Origin: a bacterium | Lineage (GTDB): Bacteria > JAGOBX01 > DAONJL01 | NCBI GenBank assembly: GCA_035405645.1 | Contig: DAONJL010000010.1 | Span: forward strand, 2,836 to 66,835 | Reading direction: 5' to 3' | DNA length: 64,000 nt | In this document: positions 33,078-43,797 of the stretch, one piece after another | Layout: the number at the start of each line of letters is the position of its first letter | Numbering within the stretch: the first letter of the stretch is position 1 | The notes under the pieces: model-generated | Database searches by the model: none | Told to the model about the DNA's origin: nothing | What the model saw: only the letters and a program-made list of their open reading frames with translations | Made by a program: the position numbers and the translations under genes

Positions 33078-33595
33078 CCATATATTGCGCGGCGCACTAT
33101 TTTTATTGCTAATTCTTCTATCACTCTTTTTTGTGCTATAAATTCTGTTTCTATTGGTGGTACTCTATCAGAATATGTAGTTATTGCATATAATTTTTCT
33201 TCATTATCGCTCCATAATTTCTGACCATTCTTATTATCTCGAAATGTTATTTCTGCTTCTATACTTACTCTATATAATATTGGCAAATTCTGTTCATCAA
33301 ATTCGATTGCTTCTTTTATGTAATTTTTCACCACTCCATCTATAATTGCATCTGCTTCTTCTACTTTTGATACTACTATTAAACTCCCATCTAAATTAAA
33401 TTGTGTTACTATTTCCTGTGTTAATAGATAATTTATATTCGGATCATAGACATTTAATCCTATTTTAAAAACTGGCACATATATCTTTTTTATATTCTCT
33501 GGTAAGTTTATATGTTTATTTATTGTACCTTCCTGTGTTATTACACATCCGTATAAATATGATATACAAATTATTAATAATATTTTTACTTTCAT
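33053..33595 (-). CDS. lptE: LPS assembly lipoprotein LptE-like
   Basis: Lipobox LYGC, IYVPVF, ADAIIDGVVKNY, C-terminal LAIKIVRR; upstream of holA. Confidence 0.75.
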   Translation of the reverse strand: MKVKILLIICISYLYGCVITQEGTINKHINLPENIKKIYVPVFKIGLNVYDPNINYLLTQEIVTQFNLDGSLIVVSKVEEADAIIDGVVKNYIKEAIEFDEQNLPILYRVSIEAEITFRDNKNGQKLWSDNEEKLYAITTYSDRVPPIETEFIAQKRVIEELAIKIVRRAIYGWSDLKKE

Positions 33596-33602
33596 CTATT
33601 TT

Positions 33603-33671
33603 ATTATCTCATAAAATATTTATTATGTCAATTATTTTTTTATTGACTTTTTTTATAATTTAAAATATCAT
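33603..33671. promoter_or_regulatory. Back-to-back divergent promoters
   Basis: Minus: TTGACA(33626-33631)-17-GATAAT(33603-33608); plus: TTGACT(33643-33648)-17-TATCAT(33666-33671). Confidence 0.65.
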
Positions 33672-33697
33672 TTTAAAAAATTTTTTAAGGAGGTTTT

Positions 33698-34594
33698 ATG
33701 AAATTACAAAAAGGTTTAAAAGTTGTTTTAAATTTATGGGATGGTGTCCGTTTTGATGCTATTTTTAAAGTTCATCAATGGATGGGTCTTCCTAATATTC
33801 ATTATTTAATTAAAAATGGAACTTTTTATACTAATGTTTTTACTCACACACCTGTTCTTACTCCAATGGCTGTTGGTAGAATTATGAAAGATAAACACGG
33901 TAAATTTATTTCTATGTCTTTACACGAAAAATCTAATGGGCAGATTAAATCCTGTTTCGTCGGTTATCCAGAAGAAGGTATTCATCGTGTGCCTGATTGG
34001 ATACCACATTGTAATTACATTGGCGATATTTTATATAATCGCAAAGAAGAGCAAAGAATTCTAAAATACGGTACCCCTGCTGAAAAAGGTAAATTGATGT
34101 TTCATCGTATTCAATATCCTGATAAATTGAGAATGGATGTCGGTTGTAAAATGATTCCTAAATATGATTTCACTTTTGTTTATTTTGTTGAACCTGATGA
34201 ATCAGCACATTATTGCCGTGACCATAAAAAACATATCTATCATTATGGTAGTCCTTATGTCCATGCTATTAAAAACTGTGATAATCTATTACAGCATCTT
34301 ATTAATACTCTTGAATGGTGTGCAAAAAATAATTATATTCTTATTGTCGTTGCTGATCACGGTATGACTGATGAAGGCAGACATAGTGTCGCTAAATGGA
34401 ATGATGAAGAAGTTATGCGCGTGCCATTAGTTATCTTTGGAAAAGGCATTAGAAAAAATTGGATTGAACGAACACATTATTATACTCACGATATTACTTC
34501 TGGTATTGTTGGTTTATTTAATGACACTACCAAAGGCACTATTTTTCAATGGGCTATGGAAAAATATGCTGATGGTAATTTGAATAAAGATTAA
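33698..34594 (+). CDS. Alkaline phosphatase superfamily (nucleotide pyrophosphatase/phosphodiesterase-like) protein, no signal peptide
   Basis: WDGVRFD, Thr in TPVLTP, EPDESAH, ADHG metal-binding motifs; AAGGAGG RBS. Confidence 0.75.
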   Translation: MKLQKGLKVVLNLWDGVRFDAIFKVHQWMGLPNIHYLIKNGTFYTNVFTHTPVLTPMAVGRIMKDKHGKFISMSLHEKSNGQIKSCFVGYPEEGIHRVPDWIPHCNYIGDILYNRKEEQRILKYGTPAEKGKLMFHRIQYPDKLRMDVGCKMIPKYDFTFVYFVEPDESAHYCRDHKKHIYHYGSPYVHAIKNCDNLLQHLINTLEWCAKNNYILIVVADHGMTDEGRHSVAKWNDEEVMRVPLVIFGKGIRKNWIERTHYYTHDITSGIVGLFNDTTKGTIFQWAMEKYADGNLNKD

Positions 34595-35895
34595 TTTATT
34601 ATTAATTCTTTTTCTATTTCGCTGATATTTAGTTCTCCTAAGTTTTTGTCGCTATTTTCTTTTAGATATGTTATAAATTTATTATATACTTCTTCTTTTA
34701 ATAAATTCTCTCTATCCTCTTTGTATTTACTTAATTTTTCGATTATTTCTTTTATTTTTAATGTCATCAGATTTCTCGTTGCTACTATCTGTGTTTCTTC
34801 TTCTTCTTTTAGTATTATATATTTTAATTTTTTCAGTATTATTAATACTTCTTTTATTATTAGTTCGGGTATTTTTATTTTTTCCGTTATTTTGGATAAA
34901 TATAATATCTTATCATTTTTAAATGCTTCGCTTAGATAATTTAAAATAATAATAGAAATAATTTCAATTTCTATAAAAGAAAGATTTTTTGTCTTTAAAC
35001 CAATTTTCATCGTATAACTTTTAAAATTTTGAAATACATAAGCGCACTCTGCGCCTAATAATATTATTATCCAGCATAAATAGAGCCAAATTAAAAATAA
35101 TGGGATTTGTGCAAATACTCCATATATTGCATTATATCTGACTGATATAATTGTAAAATATGTATAAAATATTTGATTTTGTATAAAGATAAATCCAGTT
35201 ATTATACTTGCTAATAATGCTGGTATTAATTTTACTTTTGTATTTGGTATATAGATATAAATAAATGTCATTGTGAATACTATTACAAGATACGGCATAA
35301 ATTCTGGTATTATTGATAGTATTTTTATTATAATTACAGGTAATAAAAACTTTAATTCATTTGTTATTATTAAACTCATACTTACTATAAATAATGTTGG
35401 TCCTATTATTGTTACACTTAAATAATCCGGTATTTTTTTTAATATATTTCTTGATTTCCTGACTCCCCATATTTCATTAAATGTTTTTTCTATATTACTC
35501 ATTGTCGAGATTATTGTCATTATTAAAAAAATAAATCCTATTATTCCTATACTACTAAAATCTGTATTATTTACATAATAATTTATTTTATTGGCTAATT
35601 TTTCGCCTTGTTCGCCTAATGGCATTAAAAATTTTTTTATTATTTCATTATATTTTAATTGAGATGCAAAGCCTTTTATTACTGAAAAGCCTATCGCTAA
35701 TAATGGTATTATTGCTAATAATGTAGTATATACTAATGCTGATGCTCTTAATATACATTTATCTTCACGAAATTTTTTTATTAATACTACAATGAATAGT
35801 ATTATATTCTTTATTATTCTTAATATTATTTTTTTTTCATCTTCTATTATTTTTTCATATAAATCAATTTTGATTATCTTTTTTATTTTTTCCAT
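34591..35895 (-). CDS. YihY/BrkB family inner-membrane protein with C-terminal winged-helix-like domain
   Basis: RASALVYTTLLAIIPLLA, EKTFNEIWGV, YNAIYGVFAQIPLFLIWLY..IILLGAE. Confidence 0.9.
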   Translation of the reverse strand: MEKIKKIIKIDLYEKIIEDEKKIILRIIKNIILFIVVLIKKFREDKCILRASALVYTTLLAIIPLLAIGFSVIKGFASQLKYNEIIKKFLMPLGEQGEKLANKINYYVNNTDFSSIGIIGFIFLIMTIISTMSNIEKTFNEIWGVRKSRNILKKIPDYLSVTIIGPTLFIVSMSLIITNELKFLLPVIIIKILSIIPEFMPYLVIVFTMTFIYIYIPNTKVKLIPALLASIITGFIFIQNQIFYTYFTIISVRYNAIYGVFAQIPLFLIWLYLCWIIILLGAECAYVFQNFKSYTMKIGLKTKNLSFIEIEIISIIILNYLSEAFKNDKILYLSKITEKIKIPELIIKEVLIILKKLKYIILKEEEETQIVATRNLMTLKIKEIIEKLSKYKEDRENLLKEEVYNKFITYLKENSDKNLGELNISEIEKELIIN

Positions 35896-35938
35896 ATTTT
35901 TTTGATATTTCTATTGTATCTATAATTTTTATACTATC

Positions 35939-36319
35939 TTTTTGCAAACTTTTCTCACACTTTTTTACCACAAATAAAATGAATAACACGATTAAACACT
36001 AATTACAAATAACACTACTTCTTTTACATCCCACTAAAAACTCTGCACTCTGTTCTATTCACCCTGCACTCTGCAATAAAACAATTTCAACCCTTTTCAG
36101 CGGTAGGTTTTTTGTGGCATTATATCCGCAGGTTTTCACCTGCGGATATATAAATTACAACAACTTCGTTCTTGTTTTTTTTGCTAACTTTTCAACCACT
36201 TTTTTGCCACTAATAAAACGGATAACACGAATAAACACTAATTACAAAAACTACTCCTTTTGCCTCGCACTAAAAACTCTGCACTCTGTGAACTCTCTAC
36301 TCTGCACTTTTCACTCTGC
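35939..36319. repeat. Composite intergenic repeat: about 113-bp direct repeat, 30-bp palindrome, second direct repeat, plus ACTCTGC heptamers
   Basis: Copies 35939-36053 and 36178-36289; TATATCCGCAGGT-TTTC-ACCTGCGGATATA at 36121-36150; heptamers at 36040, 36047, 36061, 36068, 36276, 36283, 36299, 36313. Confidence 0.92.
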
Positions 36320-36327
36320 ACTTCTAT

Positions 36328-38670
36328 TTATATCTCTTTTATTCCTTTCTCAATATTTTCTACTACTTTTACTTTAAACACTGCGACCATCTTCCCTAAA
36401 TCTTCGGATATTCGCTTCATATTCTGAACTTCATTATTTACTATTTCTACTGTCTTGGCATTATTCTGTGATGCTTTATTTATTTCTTCCATTGCTGTTG
36501 CTATCTGCTTGCTGCCATTTACCATTTCTACCATTGATTGTTTTATTTGCTCTGTTATATTATTTACATTATCCATTGCTTTTACTATTTCTTCTACGCC
36601 TTTTGCCTGTTCTACTGTTGCTGTTTGCATCTGGCTTGATAATGAGTTGACTAATTCAACCTGTTTCATTACCTGACTGCTTGCTTTGTTTTGCTCCTGT
36701 ATTGCTATTGTTACTTGCTCAAATAATTTTAACATTTCGTCTACTCTTCCTATTATATTCTTTAATGCTTCCGCTACATTCTGTGATGCTTTTACTCCTT
36801 CTTCTGCTAATATTGCTCCTTCTTCTGTTGATTTCACTGCTGCACTTACTTCATTTTGGATTCCTTTTATTATTCCGCCTATTTCTTTTGTTGCTTTTGC
36901 ACTTCGCTCTGCTAACTTTCGCACTTCATCTGCTACTACTGCAAACCCTTTCCCGTGCTCGCCAGCGCGCGCCGCTTCTATTGCTGCATTTAATGCTAAT
37001 AAATTTGTCTGTTCTGATATATCATCAATTACTTCTATTATATTTCCTATGTTTGCTGCACTTGTCCCTAAATTACTTATCACACTCACCAATCGTTCCA
37101 TACTGCTCTTTATCTTCTGCATTCCTTCACTCGATTTCTGCACTGCTTCATTGCCTGCTCGGGCGGCTTCCCCACTTGCTTTCGCTGCTTTATTTACTAC
37201 CTCTATATTATCTGATATTGCTGCTATATTACTCATCATTTCTTCTATTGCACTTGATGCCTGGTCTACTGCTTTCTTCACATCTGTTGCACTATCTGAT
37301 ATATGCTTTACTGCATTTGCCATCTGTGTTGATGATGATGTCGTCTGACTCACTGCTGCTGATTGGGTCTCTATGTTATTCCCTATTGATGATATTGTAT
37401 TATTAAACTCTTCGATTGATGCTGAGGTTTGTTCCACACTTGAGGCTGTCTCTTCTGATGCACTCGATACTTGTGCTATTTTCTCGCTCACTACTTCACT
37501 TGATTTTAATACATTCTCTGATGCTCCTTTTACTTTACCTATTAAATTACCTATCGTTGCTATTGTCTTATTTACATCGGCTGCTAATTCTCCTATTTCA
37601 TCTTTACCCATTACTTTACAATTTGCTGTCATATCACCAACTCCTACTTTCTGTATTACTTCTACTATATTCATTACTGGTTTTAATATTCCATTCGTTA
37701 TTTTTAGTGATAATACTATTGCTATTATTATTGCTATGATTGAAATTATTATTACTGTTAGTAATGCTGTGTGGAATGTATTATCTATATTTTCATCAAC
37801 TTGATTTACAATATTATCCATTTTTTCAAATGTCTTATTCTGTAACTCTCTGCTTTCTTTATTTATCAATTCACCCATTTCATTATATAATTTTATTATC
37901 TCTTCGCATTCATCACTCATTTTTTCAAATACTTCAAATACTTTATTCATATTTGGCATTGTTATTTTATTATATATTGCTAGTGCTGCTTCACTATTTC
38001 CTTTTTTTAATTCTTCTTGTATATTTGCTACACTATGATGAAAATTATTATGTGCTTCCATTACTTGCTGAATATTTTCCAATAATACTTTATTCTTTAT
38101 ATTCTTCCCTTTTTCATTCAGCCATTTACCAAATGCACAGATTGTCGGGTCTGTTCCTCCTTCAAATGTTTTTCTGGTTATTATTGATTCTAATACTTTT
38201 CGAAGTAACATATAATGTGCTAATTTTAGCTTTTCTATATCTGCTAACATTGCAAATGGATTTATTATTTCACGATTCACTATTTCTTCATTCATTTTTA
38301 ATATCTTATTATTTACTTCTGCCCATGATGTTACTGTTGTATTATATTCTTCTAATATTTTCTTTTCTTCTTTATCAGCTAATTTCTCAAACTGTTTCAT
38401 TTCTTCCTGATATTTTTTTCTAAACTCATAAAAATTTTCAACAGTTTTTATTCTTTCTTCTTTTGTCTGAAATATATTTGTTAATGTTCGTAACCTTATT
38501 GTTAATTATGAAATTAATGCTTCTGCCTTTAAACCATGCTCTATTTTAGGCACTGAATTGGAAATATTATTAAGCATAACAATACTTACAATTGCAATAA
38601 TTAATAAAAGGCCAAGCACACTTCCGAACCCGCCAAATAATTTTGTTTTTAATTTTAAATTTTCTAACAT
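36328..38670 (-). pseudogene. Methyl-accepting chemotaxis protein (TM-4HB/CZB-TM-HAMP-long MA domain) interrupted by an in-frame TAA
   Basis: AGGAGG-ATG at 38670 encodes TM1; TAA at 38506-38508 (codon 55); same frame continues into the 690-aa ORF with CZB motif and [27 protein letters not shown]. Confidence 0.85.
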
Positions 38671-38719
38671 AAAAATTACCTCCTTAAATTTAATATGTTA
38701 CATAATAAAATGTCCACTT

Positions 38720-39796
38720 TTAATAAAAAATCCTGACTAATTCTTCTGGTATTTTTGGTAAAGGTAAAACTTTATCTACTGCACCAACTTCAATCGCTAC
38801 TTTTGGCATACCAAAAACAACTGCTGTTTCTTCTGATTCTGCAATATTATACGCACCTTTTTCTTTCATCTTTTTTAAACCAACAGAACCATCTTTTCCC
38901 ATACCAGTCATTATTACACCAATTGAAGCACCTTCATAAACATTCGCTACTTCACTCATTAAAATATCTGCTGATGGATTAAATAATTCTTTTTCATCTT
39001 TTGGTAATAAAATAATCTCTATTTCACCTCCTTTTTTCTTTAAAGAGAATTGTGTTCCAGCTTTTCCAATTAAAGCAAGACCAGGTTTTACAATATCGCC
39101 TGTGGCTGCTTCTTTTACTTTTATACTACAAACAGAATTAAGCCGTTCTGCAAGTGGTGCTGTAAAACCTACTGGCATATGCTGCACTATTAATAAACCA
39201 ACAGGAAAATCAGCAGGTAATTTTGTTAAAACTGTATTTAATGCAGGGGGGCCACCTGTTGAAGTCCCTATTGCTATTACATTATATTTTAATGTTTTTG
39301 CTACTCGTGGCTTTGCCTTTAAAGATGCAAAAAATGTTTCATCAAAGAATTTTTTTGTCTTTTGTTTTTGGATTATTGATGTAATAGAAATCTGCATTAC
39401 TTCGTGTATCTTTTTTACTAACTCATTTTTTATGTTCTGGATATTAACTGCTACAAAAGAACCTGGCTTGGCGATAAAATCAAGTGCTCCATTATCAAGT
39501 GCTTCAAATGTTATTTTTGAGCCTTCAATTGTTAATGAACTAACCATAATCACACGTGTTGGAGCTTCTTTCATTATTTGTTTTAATGCCTCTATGCCAT
39601 TCATCTTTGGCATTTCTACATCAAGCGTAATAATATCAGGTTTTAATTTTATTGCTTTTTCTACTCCTTCAACACCATTTGTTGCAAAATCTATTATTTC
39701 TATATCGTGTTCTGATGATAACATATTTGCAAGTGCCTGTCGCATAAAATTTGAATCATCTACAATTAGTAATCTTATCTTGCTTCTAATTTCCAT
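38720..39796 (-). CDS. cheB: Chemotaxis methylesterase (REC + CheB)
   Basis: VDDS, LDVEMP, IGTSTGGP, QHMP, MTGMGKDG; start set at MEIRSK. Confidence 0.97.
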   Translation of the reverse strand: MEIRSKIRLLIVDDSNFMRQALANMLSSEHDIEIIDFATNGVEGVEKAIKLKPDIITLDVEMPKMNGIEALKQIMKEAPTRVIMVSSLTIEGSKITFEALDNGALDFIAKPGSFVAVNIQNIKNELVKKIHEVMQISITSIIQKQKTKKFFDETFFASLKAKPRVAKTLKYNVIAIGTSTGGPPALNTVLTKLPADFPVGLLIVQHMPVGFTAPLAERLNSVCSIKVKEAATGDIVKPGLALIGKAGTQFSLKKKGGEIEIILLPKDEKELFNPSADILMSEVANVYEGASIGVIMTGMGKDGSVGLKKMKEKGAYNIAESEETAVVFGMPKVAIEVGAVDKVLPLPKIPEELVRIFY

Positions 39797-39861
39797 TCTG
39801 CGAGTACTCCTTAAAAACATTGAATTTTTAATTATTTAAATATTATCTATTTGCTTTATTT

Positions 39862-40719
39862 TCACTTCTTTATATAACCTAATGCATTTTTAAATTGCAC
39901 TAATTCAAATGCTGTTGATATCCTGAATAACGATTCACTATGTCCTAAAAAGAATATTCCATTTTTATTTAATGAATTATAAAAACTATCTATTACCTCT
40001 TTTTTCGTCTTTTCATTAAAATATATTAAAGCATTTCGACAAAATATAATATCAAAATTTTTTAATGAATTCATCTTTACTTTATCAAGAAAATTTACTA
40101 TTTCAAATGTAACATATTTCTGTATCTCATCTTTAATTTTATAACCTTCACTTACTTTTATGAAATATTTTTCAAGATATTTCTGTTCTGTTGAACGAAA
40201 CGAAAAATCGCGATATACACCTTTTTTTGCTTTTGCTATCATCTCATTTGATATATCTGTTGCGTATATTGTAAAATTATTTTTTATTTCTGGACTATTT
40301 GTTTCATTTAATAGCATAGCAATTGTATAAGGCTCCTCGCCACTTGAACACGCTGCTGACCATATCTTTATCCTTTTATCTATTGCAAATGATTTTTTTT
40401 TCTCATTTAACATTGGCATAAAAATCTCATCCCGCAATGCTATTATTTGATTTATTTCTCGAAAAAAATATGTCTCATTCGTTGTTAATTCTTCTATTAT
40501 CTTTTTTATCTCTTCATTTTTTTTTACATCATATTTTAAATAATAATAATAATCTTTAAAATTATTAAATCCTAAATTTTGGACGAACTTGCTTAATCTA
40601 CCCTCAATTATATATTTCTTACTTTCTGGATAATATAATCCTGTTATTTCAAGAATAAACTCACTTAATAATTTAAACTCTTCATCTGTCATCTTGTTGA
40701 CTTGAATATTTATTGACAT
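39862..40719 (-). CDS. cheR: Chemotaxis methyltransferase
   Basis: TTNETYFFRE, WSAACSSGEEPYTIAM, IIFCRNALIYF. Confidence 0.97.
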   Translation of the reverse strand: MSINIQVNKMTDEEFKLLSEFILEITGLYYPESKKYIIEGRLSKFVQNLGFNNFKDYYYYLKYDVKKNEEIKKIIEELTTNETYFFREINQIIALRDEIFMPMLNEKKKSFAIDKRIKIWSAACSSGEEPYTIAMLLNETNSPEIKNNFTIYATDISNEMIAKAKKGVYRDFSFRSTEQKYLEKYFIKVSEGYKIKDEIQKYVTFEIVNFLDKVKMNSLKNFDIIFCRNALIYFNEKTKKEVIDSFYNSLNKNGIFFLGHSESLFRISTAFELVQFKNALGYIKK

Positions 40720-40728
40720 ATCTTCTCC

Positions 40729-43107
40729 TTATATATTTCTTAATTCTAATAATGCTTCTCGTGCTAATTTTACTATTGTGTTGTCCGGATATGCGAGTGG
40801 CAATAAATGTTTGATTGCTTTCTGGCTCTTTATTTTTCGTAAGCCTATTATTGCTTTTCTCTTTATATTCGTATCTTCTTCAAATAGCATTTTTATCAAT
40901 ATATCTTCACATATTTCACATTTTTCATAATTACTTAATATATCTGCTATATGTCCTTTTAATGTTATTGAAAATTTATTATAATTATCTCTTATTATTT
41001 TTGGCAATACTTCTATTGGTTTGCTTAATAATTTATTTACTATATCGTGAAATTCACTATTTTCAAGTTGCTCAATTATAAATAATAAATATCGCTTTAT
41101 ATTTAACTTTCCTAAAATTTCTAATGCAGTGCGTCTTACTATTATTTCACTATCCTTTAATACTCGCTGTTTTATATCTTCTGTATAATTTTTCAATTCT
41201 AATTTCCCCATACATTCTATTGCTGCTTTTCGTATTATCCATTTTTCATTATTCAATAACCCTATTATATTTATGGAATATTTTTTTAATTTTAATTCTC
41301 CTATGTAATTTAATATTGCTACTATTATATCACTATCACCTGAATTTAATTTTTCTATTACTTTCTCCATTGGTATATTTGCTTTTAATTTAGTCAATGC
41401 TTCTATTGCTACTATCTGCACATTACCTGCTTCAAAATCTATATATTTTAATATATATGGTATTGCATTTCTATTATTTAATATACCAAGGGTCTTAATT
41501 GCAAAAAATTTTACCCACATATTTTCATCTTCCAGTGCTTTGATTATATATTCATATGCTGCTGGATTGTTTTGATAACCAAGCGCATTTGCTGTCATTT
41601 CTCGTATTTGCATATCATTATCAAATAATAATTTGCATAATGGTTCTATATATTCTTCATTTTTTATTAAAAAGCACAATTTAATTGCTGCTTTACGTAC
41701 ATTTCCATTTTCATCTGAAAATGCTCTTTTTACTATTGGTATTGTATCATCCATATTGTATAATCCAAGGATATTTATTGCATCTATTCGTTTATTATAA
41801 TCACTTGATTCATACAATTTTATCGCCCATTCTTTTATCTTATCTGATATTATTATACTAAAAGCACCTACTATTGCATGCCTGATTTCTTCATTACCTT
41901 CTTCATATAATTTAAATAATTTATCTATTGCTTTTTCTGCCTGTAACCAGCCAAGCGAATAAATTGCTGTTAAGCGAACATCTAATACTTCATCATTTAA
42001 TAATTCTATAACATTATCAACTGCTTCATCCAGACCAATATATCCAATTATTTTTGCACATCGCTTTCTTATCACATAATCACTATTCTTCAAATTTTTT
42101 ATTAATTCTTTTTCACATATCTTTTTTAACTCTATTATTGTTTTTTCTACTTCTTCTGCTAAATTTTCTATTTTTAAAAATTCTATCAAAAATTTACTGC
42201 TTTCTTCATCTACAAGCCAACTTAAAAAAGTAAAACAAGCACGCTGAACAAATTCGTCGTTTGAATTTGCCTGGGATATTAATCTCTTTATAAATGTCTC
42301 ACTTTTATTTTCTTCTATTATTTTTTTCAATAAATCAATCTCTTCTTCATCATTATACGATATTAATTTATTATATATTTGAAACAATGATGTGATTGCT
42401 GCTAAAAATAAATCTTTATCAATATTATCTTTTAAATATAAACTTAATGGTGCAATTGCTTTTACATCACCTATTTTGCCAAGGGCTATTATTATTGATT
42501 GTGCCAAAAATTCATTATTTAAATATGATATTAAATAATCAACAGCACTTGCATCTCCTATTTCACCTAATGCTATTATTGCTGGTATTTGAATAAACAT
42601 ATCATCTTTTTTTAATTGGTCTAATAATATATTTACTGCAACTTTATCTTTTATTTTACCAAGTGATTCAATTATTGCATAGCGAACATTTAAATCTTCG
42701 TCATTTATATATGGTAATAAAAATTGACTTGAATTTGGTGCTGCAATAAAACCAAAAATATTTGCAACTAATATTCGAATATCAGCATTTTTTTCTTTAA
42801 ATAAAGGCACTAAAAATGGTAATGCTTCTTCTCCTAATTTTACTATTGCATCAATTGCTGCACTATGAACTTCTATCTGTTCATCTTTTAATGCTTCGAT
42901 TAATTTATATATAGCACGAATATCCCGTAATTTACCTAATGAATCAACTATTGTTTTTCGAACTCGCCAACTTTTATCATCAAATGCTGCAATTAAAGCG
43001 TCTGTTGCTTCCCGCTCTTCTATATTACCAAGCATTTCTGCTGTCTGGCGCCTTAATTCTTCATTTTCGCTTTTTAAATTATTTATAAATATCTGTAATT
43101 CATCCAT
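40729..43107 (-). CDS. HEAT/PBS-lyase repeat protein
   Basis: Many D..W.VR..A...LG.. repeats over 792 aa. Confidence 0.92.
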   Translation of the reverse strand: MDELQIFINNLKSENEELRRQTAEMLGNIEEREATDALIAAFDDKSWRVRKTIVDSLGKLRDIRAIYKLIEALKDEQIEVHSAAIDAIVKLGEEALPFLVPLFKEKNADIRILVANIFGFIAAPNSSQFLLPYINDEDLNVRYAIIESLGKIKDKVAVNILLDQLKKDDMFIQIPAIIALGEIGDASAVDYLISYLNNEFLAQSIIIALGKIGDVKAIAPLSLYLKDNIDKDLFLAAITSLFQIYNKLISYNDEEEIDLLKKIIEENKSETFIKRLISQANSNDEFVQRACFTFLSWLVDEESSKFLIEFLKIENLAEEVEKTIIELKKICEKELIKNLKNSDYVIRKRCAKIIGYIGLDEAVDNVIELLNDEVLDVRLTAIYSLGWLQAEKAIDKLFKLYEEGNEEIRHAIVGAFSIIISDKIKEWAIKLYESSDYNKRIDAINILGLYNMDDTIPIVKRAFSDENGNVRKAAIKLCFLIKNEEYIEPLCKLLFDNDMQIREMTANALGYQNNPAAYEYIIKALEDENMWVKFFAIKTLGILNNRNAIPYILKYIDFEAGNVQIVAIEALTKLKANIPMEKVIEKLNSGDSDIIVAILNYIGELKLKKYSINIIGLLNNEKWIIRKAAIECMGKLELKNYTEDIKQRVLKDSEIIVRRTALEILGKLNIKRYLLFIIEQLENSEFHDIVNKLLSKPIEVLPKIIRDNYNKFSITLKGHIADILSNYEKCEICEDILIKMLFEEDTNIKRKAIIGLRKIKSQKAIKHLLPLAYPDNTIVKLAREALLELRNI

Positions 43108-43124
43108 TATTTTTTCTCCATTTT

Positions 43125-43622
43125 CTAATTTTTTATTAATTTTATTATTCTGGCTATATCAATTAATAATACTATTCTGTTTGGTAATTTTGCTACGCCT
43201 GTTATATATTCTTTTAATGCAGAACTCGTCATTTGCGGCGGTGGACTTATCTGATTCTTCGTTATCTTTACTACTTCTGTTATTCTATCAACTAATAATC
43301 CAACAAGTTTCCCATTTACCTCTACTACTATTATTCGCATATTTTTATCTCTTTCTATTTCTTTCATTTTAAATCTTTTCCTTAAATCAATTAATGGCAC
43401 AATTTCTCCACGCAAATTTATTACTCCAATAATAAATTCCTGAACATTTGGAACTGATGTTATTTCGGTTTGTCTGATTATTTCTTTTATTAATTTTATG
43501 TCTATACCATATTCTTCCTGTCCTAATATGAAGCCAACATACATTTCATAATCTTCTGATATTAATATTTCTTTTTCTTTTGCTTTTTTTATTTTTGTTT
43601 GTTCTGCAATTATGTTTTCCAT
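43125..43622 (-). CDS. cheW: Chemotaxis coupling protein
   Basis: GVINLRGEIVPLIDLR, VGLLVDRITEV. Confidence 0.96.
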   Translation of the reverse strand: MENIIAEQTKIKKAKEKEILISEDYEMYVGFILGQEEYGIDIKLIKEIIRQTEITSVPNVQEFIIGVINLRGEIVPLIDLRKRFKMKEIERDKNMRIIVVEVNGKLVGLLVDRITEVVKITKNQISPPPQMTSSALKEYITGVAKLPNRIVLLIDIARIIKLIKN

Positions 43623-43797
43623 TTTTGTTTTCTCCTTTTTATTTTATTTTTTATTTTATTTTTCTCTTTCATTAACTGTGAAAAATTATAATCTTAATTA
43701 AATGAAACAGCACCTCTTTCTTTCTATAAAAAATTTACTTTCACAACATATCTTTTTATTAACTCGCTTATCATATCCTGATCAGTCAATCACATAA

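Noticed and set aside
36121-36150. Palindrome as a classic intrinsic terminator
   Set aside because: No U-tract follows on either strand; a stabilising or Rho-assisted role is not excluded
35939-36319. Repeat region as CRISPR or IS remnant; ORF 36114-36377 as a gene
   Set aside because: Only two long repeats, no regular spacers, no transposase homology; the ORF just reads through the repeats
38506-38508. In-frame stop as evidence of an alternative genetic code or selenocysteine
   Set aside because: It is TAA, the main stop in neighbouring genes, and no other gene needs readthrough
43623-43797. 175-nt cheA-cheW gap as sRNA, riboswitch or small ORF
   Set aside because: Only a weak TGTGAAA/TTTCACA inverted pair and a 16-codon ORF without RBS; no convincing promoter
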